A stretch of 62,354 nucleotides of DNA from a bacterium (GTDB lineage Bacteria > UBP18 > UBA7526), in NCBI GenBank assembly GCA_030619985.1, contig JAUXAI010000003.1:1-62354 (forward strand), given 5' to 3'. Made by a program: the position numbers and the translations under genes. Numbering within the stretch: the first letter of the stretch is position 1; each line of letters begins with the position of its first letter. Below are positions 30,529 through 40,111 of the stretch, piece after piece. The notes beneath the pieces are model-generated. The model saw only the letters and a list, made by a program, of their open reading frames with translations. It did no database searches and was not told where the DNA came from.

Positions 30529-30973
30529 CCCATAGCCTAATGGCCTGTATGATTAGATTGGCATAGACCCCGGCTAAGAAGTCATCACACATCACTCCCC
30601 AACCACCAGGCAGCTTCTCCAATCTTCTTAAAGGGAAAGGTTTCAGGATATCGATTACCCGAAAGACAATGAAAGCCACGAGAATGAATTTAAACGTGAA
30701 GGGAATTAAAAACATAGCAATCAGGAAGCCGATGATCTCATCGATGACAATTTTCTTGCTATCCTTTTCTTTAAAGAAGTAGATGGTTGCCTTATTTGAG
30801 ATCCATATTCCGAAGAAGGCGAGGGCAATGAGAATCAAAAGATAAGGAAGCCAGGGAAGACGATGCATCCCGAGATAGATAATGACCCCGATGAGGCTCC
30901 CTGCGGTTCCTGGGGCAATGGGGGTATAGCCAGTGTAGAATCCAGTTGCCAGAAACTTAATCAGCCATCTCAT
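30524..30973 (-). CDS. pgpA: Phosphatidylglycerophosphatase A
   Basis: APGTAGS, IVIDEIIG, DILKPFP, DDFLAG. Confidence 0.93.
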   Translation of the reverse strand: MRWLIKFLATGFYTGYTPIAPGTAGSLIGVIIYLGMHRLPWLPYLLILIALAFFGIWISNKATIYFFKEKDSKKIVIDEIIGFLIAMFLIPFTFKFILVAFIVFRVIDILKPFPLRRLEKLPGGWGVMCDDFLAGVYANLIIQAIRLWG

Positions 30974-31010
30974 TTTCGTTATTTACTTCCTCCTTATTTT
31001 TTTCTCATTT

Positions 31011-31054
31011 ATTCGTGATAATTCGCGTTCTTTTTTAATTCGCGTTTATTCGCG
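31011..31054. repeat. ATTCGYG pairs (two 10-bp-spaced pairs)
   Basis: Copies at 31011/31021 and 31038/31048; overlaps the pgsA stop. Confidence 0.85.
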
Positions 31055-31630
31055 TTTAGTCAAGACCTCTCTGTGCTTTCCAATATAGAGGACACCAGAG
31101 ATAATGGTCATAATAACTGCCAAGCCCACTAAGGCATTTGGAGTACATTTTAATATCTGTGAGAGGAGAGAAGGAGCACTGATAGCGAAGGAGGCAAAGG
31201 TCGACTTTATGGCGATGACTACCAGGGTGACACTTACTGCGATCATCTGGGTGGCAGTCTTATGCTTCCCCCACCTTCCAGCCGGAATGATTATCCCTTT
31301 AGAAGCACCTATGAATCTCAAATGGGTGATCATAACCTCCCTGGCCAAGATAATAATTACCATCCAGGCCCAGACCTCTCCTAAGGCAACAAAGCAGATG
31401 AGGGCGCCTAGAACGATTATCTTATCCGCTAAGGGGTCCATGAATTTGCCAAAACTGGTTACCACTCCCCTTGCTCGGGCAATCCTTCCATCATAGAGGT
31501 CGGTTAGAGAAGCGAGAATAAAGAGCAGAAGGGCAGAATACTTTGTCCAGGCCCCATCCACTAAGAGTAGAATGATAAAGAGAGGAGCAATGATGATTCG
31601 GATGATGGTGAGCCTATTGGCCAGGTTCAT
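31046..31630 (-). CDS. pgsA: CDP-diacylglycerol--glycerol-3-phosphate 3-phosphatidyltransferase
   Basis: NLANRLTIIR, TDLYDGRIAR...GKFMDPLADK. Confidence 0.95.
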   Translation of the reverse strand: MNLANRLTIIRIIIAPLFIILLLVDGAWTKYSALLLFILASLTDLYDGRIARARGVVTSFGKFMDPLADKIIVLGALICFVALGEVWAWMVIIILAREVMITHLRFIGASKGIIIPAGRWGKHKTATQMIAVSVTLVVIAIKSTFASFAISAPSLLSQILKCTPNALVGLAVIMTIISGVLYIGKHREVLTKRE

Positions 31631-31645
31631 GATTATGCCTCACAG

Positions 31646-31718
31646 GGTTACCCAGTTAACCTGTTGGCCAGTTATCCAGTTAAAACCGGCAAACCGGCTC
31701 ACTGGCAACTGGCAAACT
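31646..31718. repeat. Inverted 8-mer element (CCAGTT arm / AACCGGC-AACTGGC arm)
   Basis: Left arm 31646-31681, right arm 31684-31718; same family as 36509-36552. Confidence 0.8.
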
Positions 31719-31739
31719 AAAGAAATTTGTCTTCTGTAT

Positions 31740-32645
31740 TTAAGTCTTTCTTAGACCAAGATAGAGGACCATGGTAGAAGCAATAGTGAAGAGAGTGAGA
31801 TAGATCTGAGCCCCACTCTGAACAAAATTTAAAAGGAAGCGAAGGGGTAAGAGAAAAATGAGCACCCCTGCTCCTATCCCTAGAATGGAGGCCGGAATCT
31901 TCAAAAGAAGGTCAAACGAGATAAAGACACCTATGACGCCTATGCCGATCAGGATGAGAAGGAAGAAGAGGCCCAGAACCAGACCGAGGTTTCTCCTGAT
32001 AAAAGAAAAAGCCTTCTTGACTGCTCTCTTTAGAATGGAATCCTCAACAACGATTACTATTCCAGAGTAGGAAAAGACAAGGCCCAGGGCAAGGCTAGCA
32101 AGGAGGAGTAAGAAGAAGCCCAAGATTCCCAGAAGAACCCCAAAGACCATCCCTGTCCCCTGACACTTCTGAATGAGAAGATAGATAGGAAGACCGAATA
32201 TTCCGCCCAGGGTTAGAAAGAGAACCTGGAAGGCCAAAAAGAAGAGAAGCCAGAGGAGAAATAGTCGTTTGAAGAAGTAACCTCCATAACGAAAGAATCT
32301 TTTCAAAGTAAACTTCTCCTTCTTTATCAAAGCATCCCTGAATATCCCCTTTATCCCACCCCTTAAGAAGATGCTCAATAGTATGGCCCCTATCCAGATG
32401 AGAAGGAAGAAAAGGCCACAGATTACGATTAATAAGGGATGGGCGCGGAGACCCTGCTGAAATAACTCAGGAGTAAACTTTCCCTTGGTCAACCCGGTAT
32501 AGAATCCCAAAGAGAAGATAATAAAGAGAACGGGAACAATAAATAAAAGTCCCAGAATTATCTGAACAACAAACTGAATCAAAATCAGGGGCCAGTTGCG
32601 ATAGGTGGTCTTGAATCCTTCTTTGATTGCTTCAGTAATGGTCAT
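31740..32645 (-). CDS. Integral membrane protein of unknown function
   Basis: About 7 hydrophobic segments; overlaps the rodZ stop (ATGA). Confidence 0.75.
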   Translation of the reverse strand: MTITEAIKEGFKTTYRNWPLILIQFVVQIILGLLFIVPVLFIIFSLGFYTGLTKGKFTPELFQQGLRAHPLLIVICGLFFLLIWIGAILLSIFLRGGIKGIFRDALIKKEKFTLKRFFRYGGYFFKRLFLLWLLFFLAFQVLFLTLGGIFGLPIYLLIQKCQGTGMVFGVLLGILGFFLLLLASLALGLVFSYSGIVIVVEDSILKRAVKKAFSFIRRNLGLVLGLFFLLILIGIGVIGVFISFDLLLKIPASILGIGAGVLIFLLPLRFLLNFVQSGAQIYLTLFTIASTMVLYLGLRKT

Positions 32646-33295
32646 TCTTCTTTTTCTCTTACAAAGGTTTTCGTTACTACCTGTCCCCTCTCGCCTGGGG
32701 ACCCAAGGGGTTCTCCATTCAACTCCAACTCTATTCCCCCGGCATTCCCTACTCTTATCTCGAGCTTATTCTCCGCTTCCCAGGTCTTTTCATCTCCAGC
32801 CTTCAATAGTTCTTGAATCTCTTCTCTTTCATCAACAGTAATACTCACCCAGACCTCCTCGAGTGCGATTGCCTTCAGGGTAAGGGGGGCTTTCTCCTCT
32901 TCTATAACCTCAACTACTGGTGGGGAAGAGGGGCGAAAGAAAAGAAACCACCCTCCCCAAACGATGAGAACTATTATACTTATTGCTACGGGAAGGATGG
33001 CTAGTCTTTTAGGCCTTATTCTTTTAGGGATTAACCTCTCTGCTACGGGAACTTTGGTGGTTGTCTCTAGATATTTCTTATACTCTCGAACTAATTCATC
33101 GCTATCTAGATTTAAGAAGTTGGCATAGCTGCGCAGGAAGCCCTGGGTATAGGCAGGGGCCGGAAAGACATCCCAGTCCTCTGCTTCTAGGGCTTTTAGA
33201 TATCTAATACTTATCTTTGTCTTCTTACTTATCGTCTTTAATTTTAATCGTCTCTTCTGCCTCGCCTGCTGCAGTGTAAGGCCAATGGGCTCCAC
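32642..33295 (-). CDS. rodZ: RodZ-like cytoskeleton protein (HTH + TM + DUF4115)
   Basis: IGLTLQQARQ...YLKALE...YTQGFLRSYA; VGNAGGIELELNGEPLG. Confidence 0.85.
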   Translation of the reverse strand: MEPIGLTLQQARQKRRLKLKTISKKTKISIRYLKALEAEDWDVFPAPAYTQGFLRSYANFLNLDSDELVREYKKYLETTTKVPVAERLIPKRIRPKRLAILPVAISIIVLIVWGGWFLFFRPSSPPVVEVIEEEKAPLTLKAIALEEVWVSITVDEREEIQELLKAGDEKTWEAENKLEIRVGNAGGIELELNGEPLGSPGERGQVVTKTFVREKEE

Positions 33296-33314
33296 GTTTC
33301 TGCCTCGCTTTAAT

Positions 33315-33706
33315 AGTTTACAGTAACCAGCGAACAGTAACCAGTAAAACTGTAGATTATTAGAACATCAGATTTGGTAAATTCGAAATTCTAATATTGA
33401 AATTAAGCAAAGCTAATAACCAAGATACAAAACACAGTAACCAAACAGATCCCAATATCCAAATTCAAATGCCCAATGCGCTTCGCTAGCATTGGAGAGA
33501 GCATAAATAATTAAGCATTGCCAAAACAGTTTGGTGATTGGTTATTGGTCATTGATTATTGTTTGTATCTTGTTTCTTGGTGTTTGGTTATTTGTATTCA
33601 TTTCGGATTTCGTGCTTCGGATTTTTGAAATTCTGATATCTGTCCTTCTCCATCTGATATACTGGTAATCTGGTACTCTTTTGCTGTTAACTGGTTACTG
33701 GTTACT
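33315..33706. repeat. Long inverted heptamer-repeat element, copy 2, with a 44-bp central insert
   Basis: Outer CAGTAAC/GTTACTG arms; core near-identical to 57840-58025; insert 33477-33520 flanked by CCAA. Confidence 0.9.
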
Positions 33707-35774
33707 CTTTTTTGAGGTAGCTTTCATCAGCCAGTACTTCCCTCACCTTGCTTCCCCTGTAAGGGCCTACTATCCCTTCCTCCTCCATCATATCAATCAA
33801 TCTTGCTGCCCGGGCATAGCCTACCTTTAATCTTCTCTGTAGCATGGAGACCGAGGCCCTTCTGGCCTGGATGACCACCCTCACCGCATCTTGATATAAT
33901 TCGTCCTCCTCCGGGGTGCTGGGTAAGGAAGGAGCAGCCCTTTCGAAGATATCCTCTACATAGACCGGCTCTGCCTGAGAACGGGTAAACTCTGCCATTT
34001 TCTCAATCTCAGGATCAGTAATGAGCGATCCTTGGATACGTATTGGTTTGGCCTTTGAAGGGTCGGAGAAGAGCATATCCCCTCTTCCCAGTAACTTCTC
34101 TGCCCCACTCATATCCAGAACGATGCGGGAATCAACCCTTGCCGCAACCTGAAAGGCGATCCTCACCGGGAAGTTGGCCTTAATGAGACCGGTAATGACA
34201 TCCACGGATGGCCTCTGGGTAGCAAGGACAACATGAATCCCTACTGCCCGAGCCATCTGGGCCAGCCGGGTGATAGTATGCTCACAGTCCACAGGGGCCA
34301 CGAGCATCAGATCGGCTAACTCGTCAATGATCACGATGATATAGGGTATCTTTTCCACCGAGGTTTTGGCATTATAGCTTCCGATATCCCTAGCCCCGGC
34401 CTCAGAGAATAACTTGAACCTCTCTTCTACTTCCCCCACCGCCCACTTCAGAGCAAAAGTTGCCTTCTTGGGGTCAGTGATTACCGGGGTGATGAGATAG
34501 GGAATGTCATTATAGACCTTCAGTTCTACCCTCTTGGGATCGATTAAGAGGAACTTCACCTCATCTGGGGTTGCTTGAAACAGAATGCTATTTATGATGC
34601 AGTTTATACAGACACTCTTCCCGCTTCCTGTGGTTCCGGCAATCAATAAATGGGGCATGGTAGCCAGATCAGCGATTACTGGTCTACCGGCTATATCCTT
34701 TCCCAATGCCAGGGTAAGTTTTGATGGTGACTCATAGAACTCCCTGGTACTCAGAATCTCTGAGAGATAGACAAAGAAAGGCCTCTTATTGGGAACCTCA
34801 ATCCCCAAGGCCGCCTTTCCCGGAATGGGAGCTTCGATACGGATACTGGGGGCAGCCAATTTCAGAGCGATGTCATTAGAACGAGAGGTGATGGAGGAGA
34901 CGGTCACCCCTTTTGCCGGCTGTACCTCAAACCTGGTAATGACCGGCCCCTGTAGAGCACCAATAACCTTGGCCGATATCCCAAACTCAGAGAGAGTCTC
35001 TTCTAGGAGAACGCCCTTTGCCTTAAGGTCCTCTTTCGCCTCCTCTACCTTTGGCTTAGCGAGAAGAGAGAGATCAGGCATAGTATAGGCCTTCTCCTCT
35101 TCTGGAACCTTCTTTGCTATCTTCTTCACTCTCTTAGGGGTAGGAGCAACCTTCTCCTCTTTAATCTCTGGCCTCTTAATTGCTATCGGCTTGGCTGGTC
35201 TCGGTTTCCGGGAAAATATCCCTATTATTCCCCGAAAGAAAGATAGAATCCCCTTTCCTAACAGAAGGAAGAATTTAGGATAGGAGACCTCGGCTGCTAA
35301 AGGTAAAGAGACGACTAATACCGTTACCGCAATGAGATAGGCACCCGAAGCCCCAAAGACCTGCTTCAGTCCATCAGAGAGGACGATTCCCAGATGTCCT
35401 CCCAATGCCAATCTTTTTTCTAAGATTAAAGAATATTTGGAAGAAAGTAATGTACAGGATGAAATAAGAAAGAGGATGACTCCTAAGATTCTGTAGGCCT
35501 TCTTGTGGAACTTCAGCCCCCGAAATCTTCTTATCCCCCAGACAAGAGTCACTAAAATTATAAGATAGGCGCCATAACCCATGACGAAGTTCAGTCCAAA
35601 GGCCAGATAAGCACCAGCCTTCCCCATCCAGTTCACTGCTGGGGTATTGGGTGGCTGCTGATAGTAGGCAATATCCGTTGGCTCATAAGATATGAGACTG
35701 AGAAGAATAAAAATAGTCAGAGCAAATAGGATAATCCCTTCTATCTCACTAATCCTCTTCTCTTTCATTGGCAT
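33702..35774 (-). CDS. ftsK: DNA translocase FtsK
   Basis: N-terminal TMs, PHLLIAGTTGSGKS, ATQRPSVDVITG, gamma domain LQRRLKVGYARAAR. Confidence 0.97.
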   Translation of the reverse strand: MPMKEKRISEIEGIILFALTIFILLSLISYEPTDIAYYQQPPNTPAVNWMGKAGAYLAFGLNFVMGYGAYLIILVTLVWGIRRFRGLKFHKKAYRILGVILFLISSCTLLSSKYSLILEKRLALGGHLGIVLSDGLKQVFGASGAYLIAVTVLVVSLPLAAEVSYPKFFLLLGKGILSFFRGIIGIFSRKPRPAKPIAIKRPEIKEEKVAPTPKRVKKIAKKVPEEEKAYTMPDLSLLAKPKVEEAKEDLKAKGVLLEETLSEFGISAKVIGALQGPVITRFEVQPAKGVTVSSITSRSNDIALKLAAPSIRIEAPIPGKAALGIEVPNKRPFFVYLSEILSTREFYESPSKLTLALGKDIAGRPVIADLATMPHLLIAGTTGSGKSVCINCIINSILFQATPDEVKFLLIDPKRVELKVYNDIPYLITPVITDPKKATFALKWAVGEVEERFKLFSEAGARDIGSYNAKTSVEKIPYIIVIIDELADLMLVAPVDCEHTITRLAQMARAVGIHVVLATQRPSVDVITGLIKANFPVRIAFQVAARVDSRIVLDMSGAEKLLGRGDMLFSDPSKAKPIRIQGSLITDPEIEKMAEFTRSQAEPVYVEDIFERAAPSLPSTPEEDELYQDAVRVVIQARRASVSMLQRRLKVGYARAARLIDMMEEEGIVGPYRGSKVREVLADESYLKKE

Positions 35775-35789
35775 CTTTTCACCTCAAAA

Positions 35790-35813
35790 CACGGATTGTC
35801 ACGGATTACAGAT
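35790..35813. repeat. CACGGAT/TACAGAT repeats upstream of ftsK
   Basis: Copies at 35790, 35800 and 35807. Confidence 0.7.
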
Positions 35814-35931
35814 AATTGATGGTCAATCTTAGAAAATTTTGCTTTATGTTCCAAGCTTTATGAAATGTCAAATGGATTTATGCGTGAGAAAACTGAACTG
35901 CAAACACGCTGTTATCAAATCAATCGCTCGA

Positions 35932-36393
35932 TTACTGGATAACTTCGATCTTCATCGGTTCAGATGGAACAACACCAGGCGTATCAGATAACACTCTTAG
36001 GCCATGCTGGCCTATACCTAGCTCCTTAGCATTAATAGTAAACATCAAGTTTATGGATAAACTTCGTTTTGGATTGCTTTTGTTGAAATGGCAGGGGTTA
36101 AGCATTAAGCCGGACTTCGCAATAAACTCTTGGCCATCAAATAACCTAATTTGCGTCCCGGAAACATTTGGTGGATAGTAGATGGAGCAGAAAATTGGAA
36201 TCGGCTCTTTAATCTGAAATGTTCTCTTTGAAGTCGCTATTGCCACCATCAATTGTTCAGAATTTGCAATCGAGTCTGCCCATGCTCCTATGTCTGAGGC
36301 AGACGGAGTCCTTTCTTTTGCAAGGATAAATGCAGTGGAGGCTAAAATTGCTGCTATCAACATGACCCAAAAAGTTTTTCTTAACATAACCAA
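35932..36393 (-). CDS. Hypothetical exported protein
   Basis: 153-aa ORF with signal-peptide-like N-terminus and AGGAG upstream; no recognised family. Confidence 0.6.
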   Translation of the reverse strand: MVMLRKTFWVMLIAAILASTAFILAKERTPSASDIGAWADSIANSEQLMVAIATSKRTFQIKEPIPIFCSIYYPPNVSGTQIRLFDGQEFIAKSGLMLNPCHFNKSNPKRSLSINLMFTINAKELGIGQHGLRVLSDTPGVVPSEPMKIEVIQ

Positions 36394-36422
36394 CTCCTTT
36401 TAATTGACAAGCCTTTGTTCCT

Positions 36423-36552
36423 TATTAACTTATCAACGTATCAACTTATCGAAGCGGAGCGGAGACCCCGACCCCTCTCTCTCCGCTTGTCGGGGTCAAC
36501 TTTCGATCAACTGGCTAACCGGTGAACCGGCTAACTGGCTAACGGGCTAACC
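36423..36552. repeat. TATCAACT and AACYGGCT 8-mer arrays around a GC-rich structured insert (36448-36507)
   Basis: aagcggag/ctccgctt and gaccccgac/gtcggggtc complementary pairs. Confidence 0.8.
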
Positions 36553-37362
36553 AATATATGACACTCCTAAACTAAGCAACCCAACAAACCACAGATAGTA
36601 AGCGAAAAGGGAGAATTTTCCCTTTTTAATTATGGATAGTAAAATCTTTAAGGCTAAGAGACCACTTAAGAAAGCAGCTATAGCTCCTATAATTAGGGGA
36701 TAGATATCCTCTTTTGGTATAGTAGAAAGATTTCTGAATTCTAATCCTGCCGCACCGATGATTGCTGGTATGGCCAATAAAAATGAGAACCTGTAGGCTG
36801 AGTCCCTGCTTAGTCCCCGAAATAATCCACAGGATATAGTTACTCCGCTCCTTGAGATGCCAGGAATAAGGCCTATTGCTTGAGCAAGACCGATTCCTAA
36901 AGCATCCTTTATATTTAATCTATGAATCTCTCTTCTTCCAATCTTGAGACGTTTCGTTGCCCAGAGGATGATTCCAGTGATGATGAGCATTAAAGAGACT
37001 ATTCTTGGACATTCAAATAATCTCCCGATCCCTTCTTTGAATAGGCCACCTATTAGAACAATAGGAATGGTTCCCAAGAGTAGAAAGCCTAATAAGCGAA
37101 GATAGGGGTCTTCTCTCTTCTTATGTGTTCCGGTCTTGAAAAGATGAATAAAACTAACTAAAATCTTTTTGATATCTTTTCTAAAAATACAGAAAACGGC
37201 AAAGAGCGTCCCAATATGAAGTGCAATTTCAAAAGTAATTCCTGGAGGATTATTTCTTAATAAAAAATTCTCTGCTAAGACTAAGTGGCCGCTTGAACTT
37301 ACAGGCAAGAATTCTGTCAGGCCCTGCAGGATTCCCAGAAGAAGAGCCTCATGCCAGGACAT
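36547..37362 (-). CDS. uppP: Undecaprenyl-diphosphate phosphatase
   Basis: QGLTEFLPVSSSGHL, PGISRSGVT. Confidence 0.96.
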   Translation of the reverse strand: MSWHEALLLGILQGLTEFLPVSSSGHLVLAENFLLRNNPPGITFEIALHIGTLFAVFCIFRKDIKKILVSFIHLFKTGTHKKREDPYLRLLGFLLLGTIPIVLIGGLFKEGIGRLFECPRIVSLMLIITGIILWATKRLKIGRREIHRLNIKDALGIGLAQAIGLIPGISRSGVTISCGLFRGLSRDSAYRFSFLLAIPAIIGAAGLEFRNLSTIPKEDIYPLIIGAIAAFLSGLLALKILLSIIKKGKFSLFAYYLWFVGLLSLGVSYIG

Positions 37363-37383
37363 GCTTACTCCTTCATAAGATTG

Positions 37384-37500
37384 GGTTAGGGTTAAGTAGT
37401 TAGTTTAGTTGTTGGGTTAGGTAGTTGGTCTTTTTAAAACACCTAACCCTTACCGAACTACTAAACCCACTACCTTACCCTAATCCAACTACGTAACCTG
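37384..37500. repeat. Hexamer-periodic inverted element (GGTTAG/GTAGTT...AACTAC/CTAACC), copy A
   Basis: Highly similar to 45878-45991. Confidence 0.88.
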
Positions 37501-37513
37501 TGGCTACTATTGA

Positions 37514-39616
37514 CTACTTATGTTTCCTGGGTCGTGTTTTTTCCCGTAGGGCTGCCTTTCGGGAGAGGTTAGTCCTTCCCTGGTCATCGATCTCAATGAC
37601 CTTTACCTCCACCTCCTGGCCTTCTTTTAAAACATCCTTCACATTCTTGACAAAGCCCTCTGCTAACTGGGAAACATGGACGAGGCCTTCCTTCCCGGGG
37701 AGGATCTCAACAAAGGCCCCAAAGTTCATGATTCTGGTCACCTTCCCTTTATAGATTTTTCCTACCTCAACCTCTTCTGTGAGATAGTTAATCATATCCA
37801 GGGCAGCCTGAGCCTTGGCCTTATCTGGGGAGGAGATGGATATCTTTCCATCATCATCGATATTCACCTCGGCACCAGTTTCCTCAATGATCCCCTTTAT
37901 CGTCTTACCTCTTGGGCCAATGATACCTCCAATCTTTTCTTGTTTCACATAAGTAACGATAATATGGGGAGCATAGACGGAGATTCCCTCTCTCGGCCGT
38001 GAAATGGCCTGGTTCATCTTATCCAGGATGAAAAGGCGGGTTTTCCTCGCCTGTTCCAAGGCCTCTTTTATCAAGGAAGTGGTGACTCCAGAGGTCTTGA
38101 TATCTAAGTGAAGAGCAGTAATCCCTTCTCTCGTTCCGGCGATCTTAAAGTCCATATCACCCAAGGCATCCTCCACCCCCAAGATATCGGTAAGGAGAGC
38201 ATACTTCTCCCCCTCCATTACTAATCCAATGGCTGCCCCGGCAACCGGGGCTTTAATGGGGGCTCCCGCATCCATTAAAGATAGGCTTGCCCCACAGACA
38301 CTGGCCATGGAAGAGGAGCCATTGGATTCCAGGATATCGGAGACCACCCTTATGGTATAGGGGAACTTATCACTGGGAGGGATGACAGGAAGAAGGGCTT
38401 TCTCTGCTAAAGCGCCGTGGCCAATCTCTCTCCTGCCTGGGCCCCTCAATGGCTTCGTTTCTCCCACACTAAAGGGCGGGAAATTATAGTGAAACATAAA
38501 GGTTTTTCGGAATTCCTTCTCCAGGGCATCAATACGTTGCTCATCCTCTGTAGTTCCCAAAGTAGTAGCCACCAGGGCCTGGGTCTGTCCTCTGGTAAAG
38601 AGGGCACTTCCATGGGCCCTGGGGAGGATTCCTACCTCGCAGGTAATGGGCCTGATCTCGTCCGCTCTTCTCCCATCTGCTCTACGATTCTCATCTAAAA
38701 TGGCCCGGCGCAGAATTTCTTTCACTATCTTGTCTACGACAAATTTGATGTCTTTCTCCTTTTCTGGAAATTCAGTGCTTAAGGCCTCCATAGCTTCATT
38801 CTCAATCTTGCTTAGCGCTTCATCCCTTTTGGTCTTTTCCTTTATCCTATAGGCCTCCTCTAATCTGGAAGTGGATAGTTCTCTCACCCTCTTCTCTATC
38901 TCCTCATCCGGAGCATAGAGGACGATTTCTCTCTTGGGTCTGCCACAGGATTTGATCAACCTTTCCTGAATCTCAACAAGCCTTCTGATGTGCTCTTTGG
39001 CCTTCTCTATCCCTTCTAAAATGGTCTCCTCTGGAACCTCATGGGCTTCAACCTCTATGGTTGCTATCGCACCCTTAGTCCCGACAACTACCATATCCAG
39101 CCTGCTTCTTTCCAATTCCTCATAGGTAGGATTGATGATAAACTCTTCCCCAATCCGTCCCAGGCGCACGGCGCCTACCGGACCACTAAACGGGATATCA
39201 GATATAGAAAGGGCAGCTGAGGCACCGATTATGGATAAGATATCCGGGTCATTCTCCCCATCTGCAGATAGCACGCTCACCGTAATCTGGACCGCATTCC
39301 TGATTCCTTTCGGGAAAAGAGGCCTTAAGGGTCGATCGACTAATCTTCCGGTCAGGATTTCCCAATCCCTTGGCCTCCCTTCTCTCTTAAAGAAGCCCCC
39401 GGGAATCTTCCCCGCAGAATAGGTCTTCTCCCTATAATCAACGGTCAAGGGAAAGAAATCAACATCCTCCCTGGCTTCTTTGGAGGCTACCACAGCCACC
39501 AGGACCACAGTATCCCCATAGCGTACGGTAACCGCACCATCCGCCTGCTTAGCCATCTTGCCAGTTTCAATAGTTAGTTTTCTTCTGGCGATTTCTAATT
39601 CTTCTTTTCTTACCAT
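37514..39616 (-). CDS. pnp: Polyribonucleotide nucleotidyltransferase
   Basis: FFPLTVDYRE, RREIGHGALA, ESNGSSSMAS, KH and S1 domains. Confidence 0.98.
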   Translation of the reverse strand: MVRKEELEIARRKLTIETGKMAKQADGAVTVRYGDTVVLVAVVASKEAREDVDFFPLTVDYREKTYSAGKIPGGFFKREGRPRDWEILTGRLVDRPLRPLFPKGIRNAVQITVSVLSADGENDPDILSIIGASAALSISDIPFSGPVGAVRLGRIGEEFIINPTYEELERSRLDMVVVGTKGAIATIEVEAHEVPEETILEGIEKAKEHIRRLVEIQERLIKSCGRPKREIVLYAPDEEIEKRVRELSTSRLEEAYRIKEKTKRDEALSKIENEAMEALSTEFPEKEKDIKFVVDKIVKEILRRAILDENRRADGRRADEIRPITCEVGILPRAHGSALFTRGQTQALVATTLGTTEDEQRIDALEKEFRKTFMFHYNFPPFSVGETKPLRGPGRREIGHGALAEKALLPVIPPSDKFPYTIRVVSDILESNGSSSMASVCGASLSLMDAGAPIKAPVAGAAIGLVMEGEKYALLTDILGVEDALGDMDFKIAGTREGITALHLDIKTSGVTTSLIKEALEQARKTRLFILDKMNQAISRPREGISVYAPHIIVTYVKQEKIGGIIGPRGKTIKGIIEETGAEVNIDDDGKISISSPDKAKAQAALDMINYLTEEVEVGKIYKGKVTRIMNFGAFVEILPGKEGLVHVSQLAEGFVKNVKDVLKEGQEVEVKVIEIDDQGRTNLSRKAALREKTRPRKHK

Positions 39617-39630
39617 TTCTTCTCCTTTTG

Positions 39631-39724
39631 TAACGCCAAAGCGCTAAACGCTAAAACACAAAAGTTCGCCAAAGCGCAAAAATGATTTGGCGTCTTTGTT
39701 TTAAACTTTGGCGACTTGGCGTTA
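39631..39724. repeat. Inverted CGCCAAAG/CTTTGGCG element between rpsO and pnp
   Basis: Perfect 9-bp ends taacgccaa/ttggcgtta with internal degenerate copies. Confidence 0.82.
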
Positions 39725-39725
39725 A

Positions 39726-39995
39726 TCATTTTCTCAAACCCAGTTCCTGGATAATCTTCTCGTATCTTTTCTTATCCTTATCCTTAAGGTAGCCCAACAG
39801 TCTTCTCCTCTGACCAACCATCTTCAGAAGCCCTCTTCGTGAGTGATGGTCCTTCTTATGAGTCTCAAGATGCTTGGTCAAGGAATTAATCCTCTCTGTG
39901 AGAAGGGCAATCTGCACCTCTGGTGAACCAGTATCCTTCTCGTTTAACCGATACTTAGTGGTAATCTCCTTCTTCTTTTCCTTCTCCAAGACCAT
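39726..39995 (-). CDS. rpsO: 30S ribosomal protein S15
   Basis: [27 protein letters not shown]; ATG at 39995 gives 89 aa with a GGGGG SD-like sequence. Confidence 0.97.
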   Translation of the reverse strand: MVLEKEKKKEITTKYRLNEKDTGSPEVQIALLTERINSLTKHLETHKKDHHSRRGLLKMVGQRRRLLGYLKDKDKKRYEKIIQELGLRK

Positions 39996-40020
39996 TTTCA
40001 TTTCCCCCTTTCTTACTCGC

Positions 40021-40070
40021 TGCCAATCGCCGAGAGAATCGACGGGGAAGCGATTCTCCCAGCAACGGCA
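40021..40070 (-). promoter_or_regulatory. Structured 5' leader of rpsO (putative S15 autoregulatory RNA)
   Basis: mRNA stem TGCC-GTTGCTG-GGAGAATCG/CGATTCTCT-CGGCGAT-TGGCA between the promoter and RBS. Confidence 0.55.
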
Positions 40071-40083
40071 CTTCATTTAAATA

Positions 40084-40111
40084 ATTATATCACACATTAG
40101 GTAAAAGACAA
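40084..40111 (-). promoter_or_regulatory. Putative rpsO promoter
   Basis: TTGTCT-16 bp-TATAAT with extended -10 TG. Confidence 0.6.

Noticed and set aside
35843-35871. ftsK promoter with a perfect TTGACA
   Set aside because: The -10 at 17-bp spacing is CATAAA, too weak to call.
37384-37430. Telomere-like TTAGGG repeat or G-quadruplex
   Set aside because: Too few closely spaced GGG tracts, and a complementary arm follows, favouring a hairpin.
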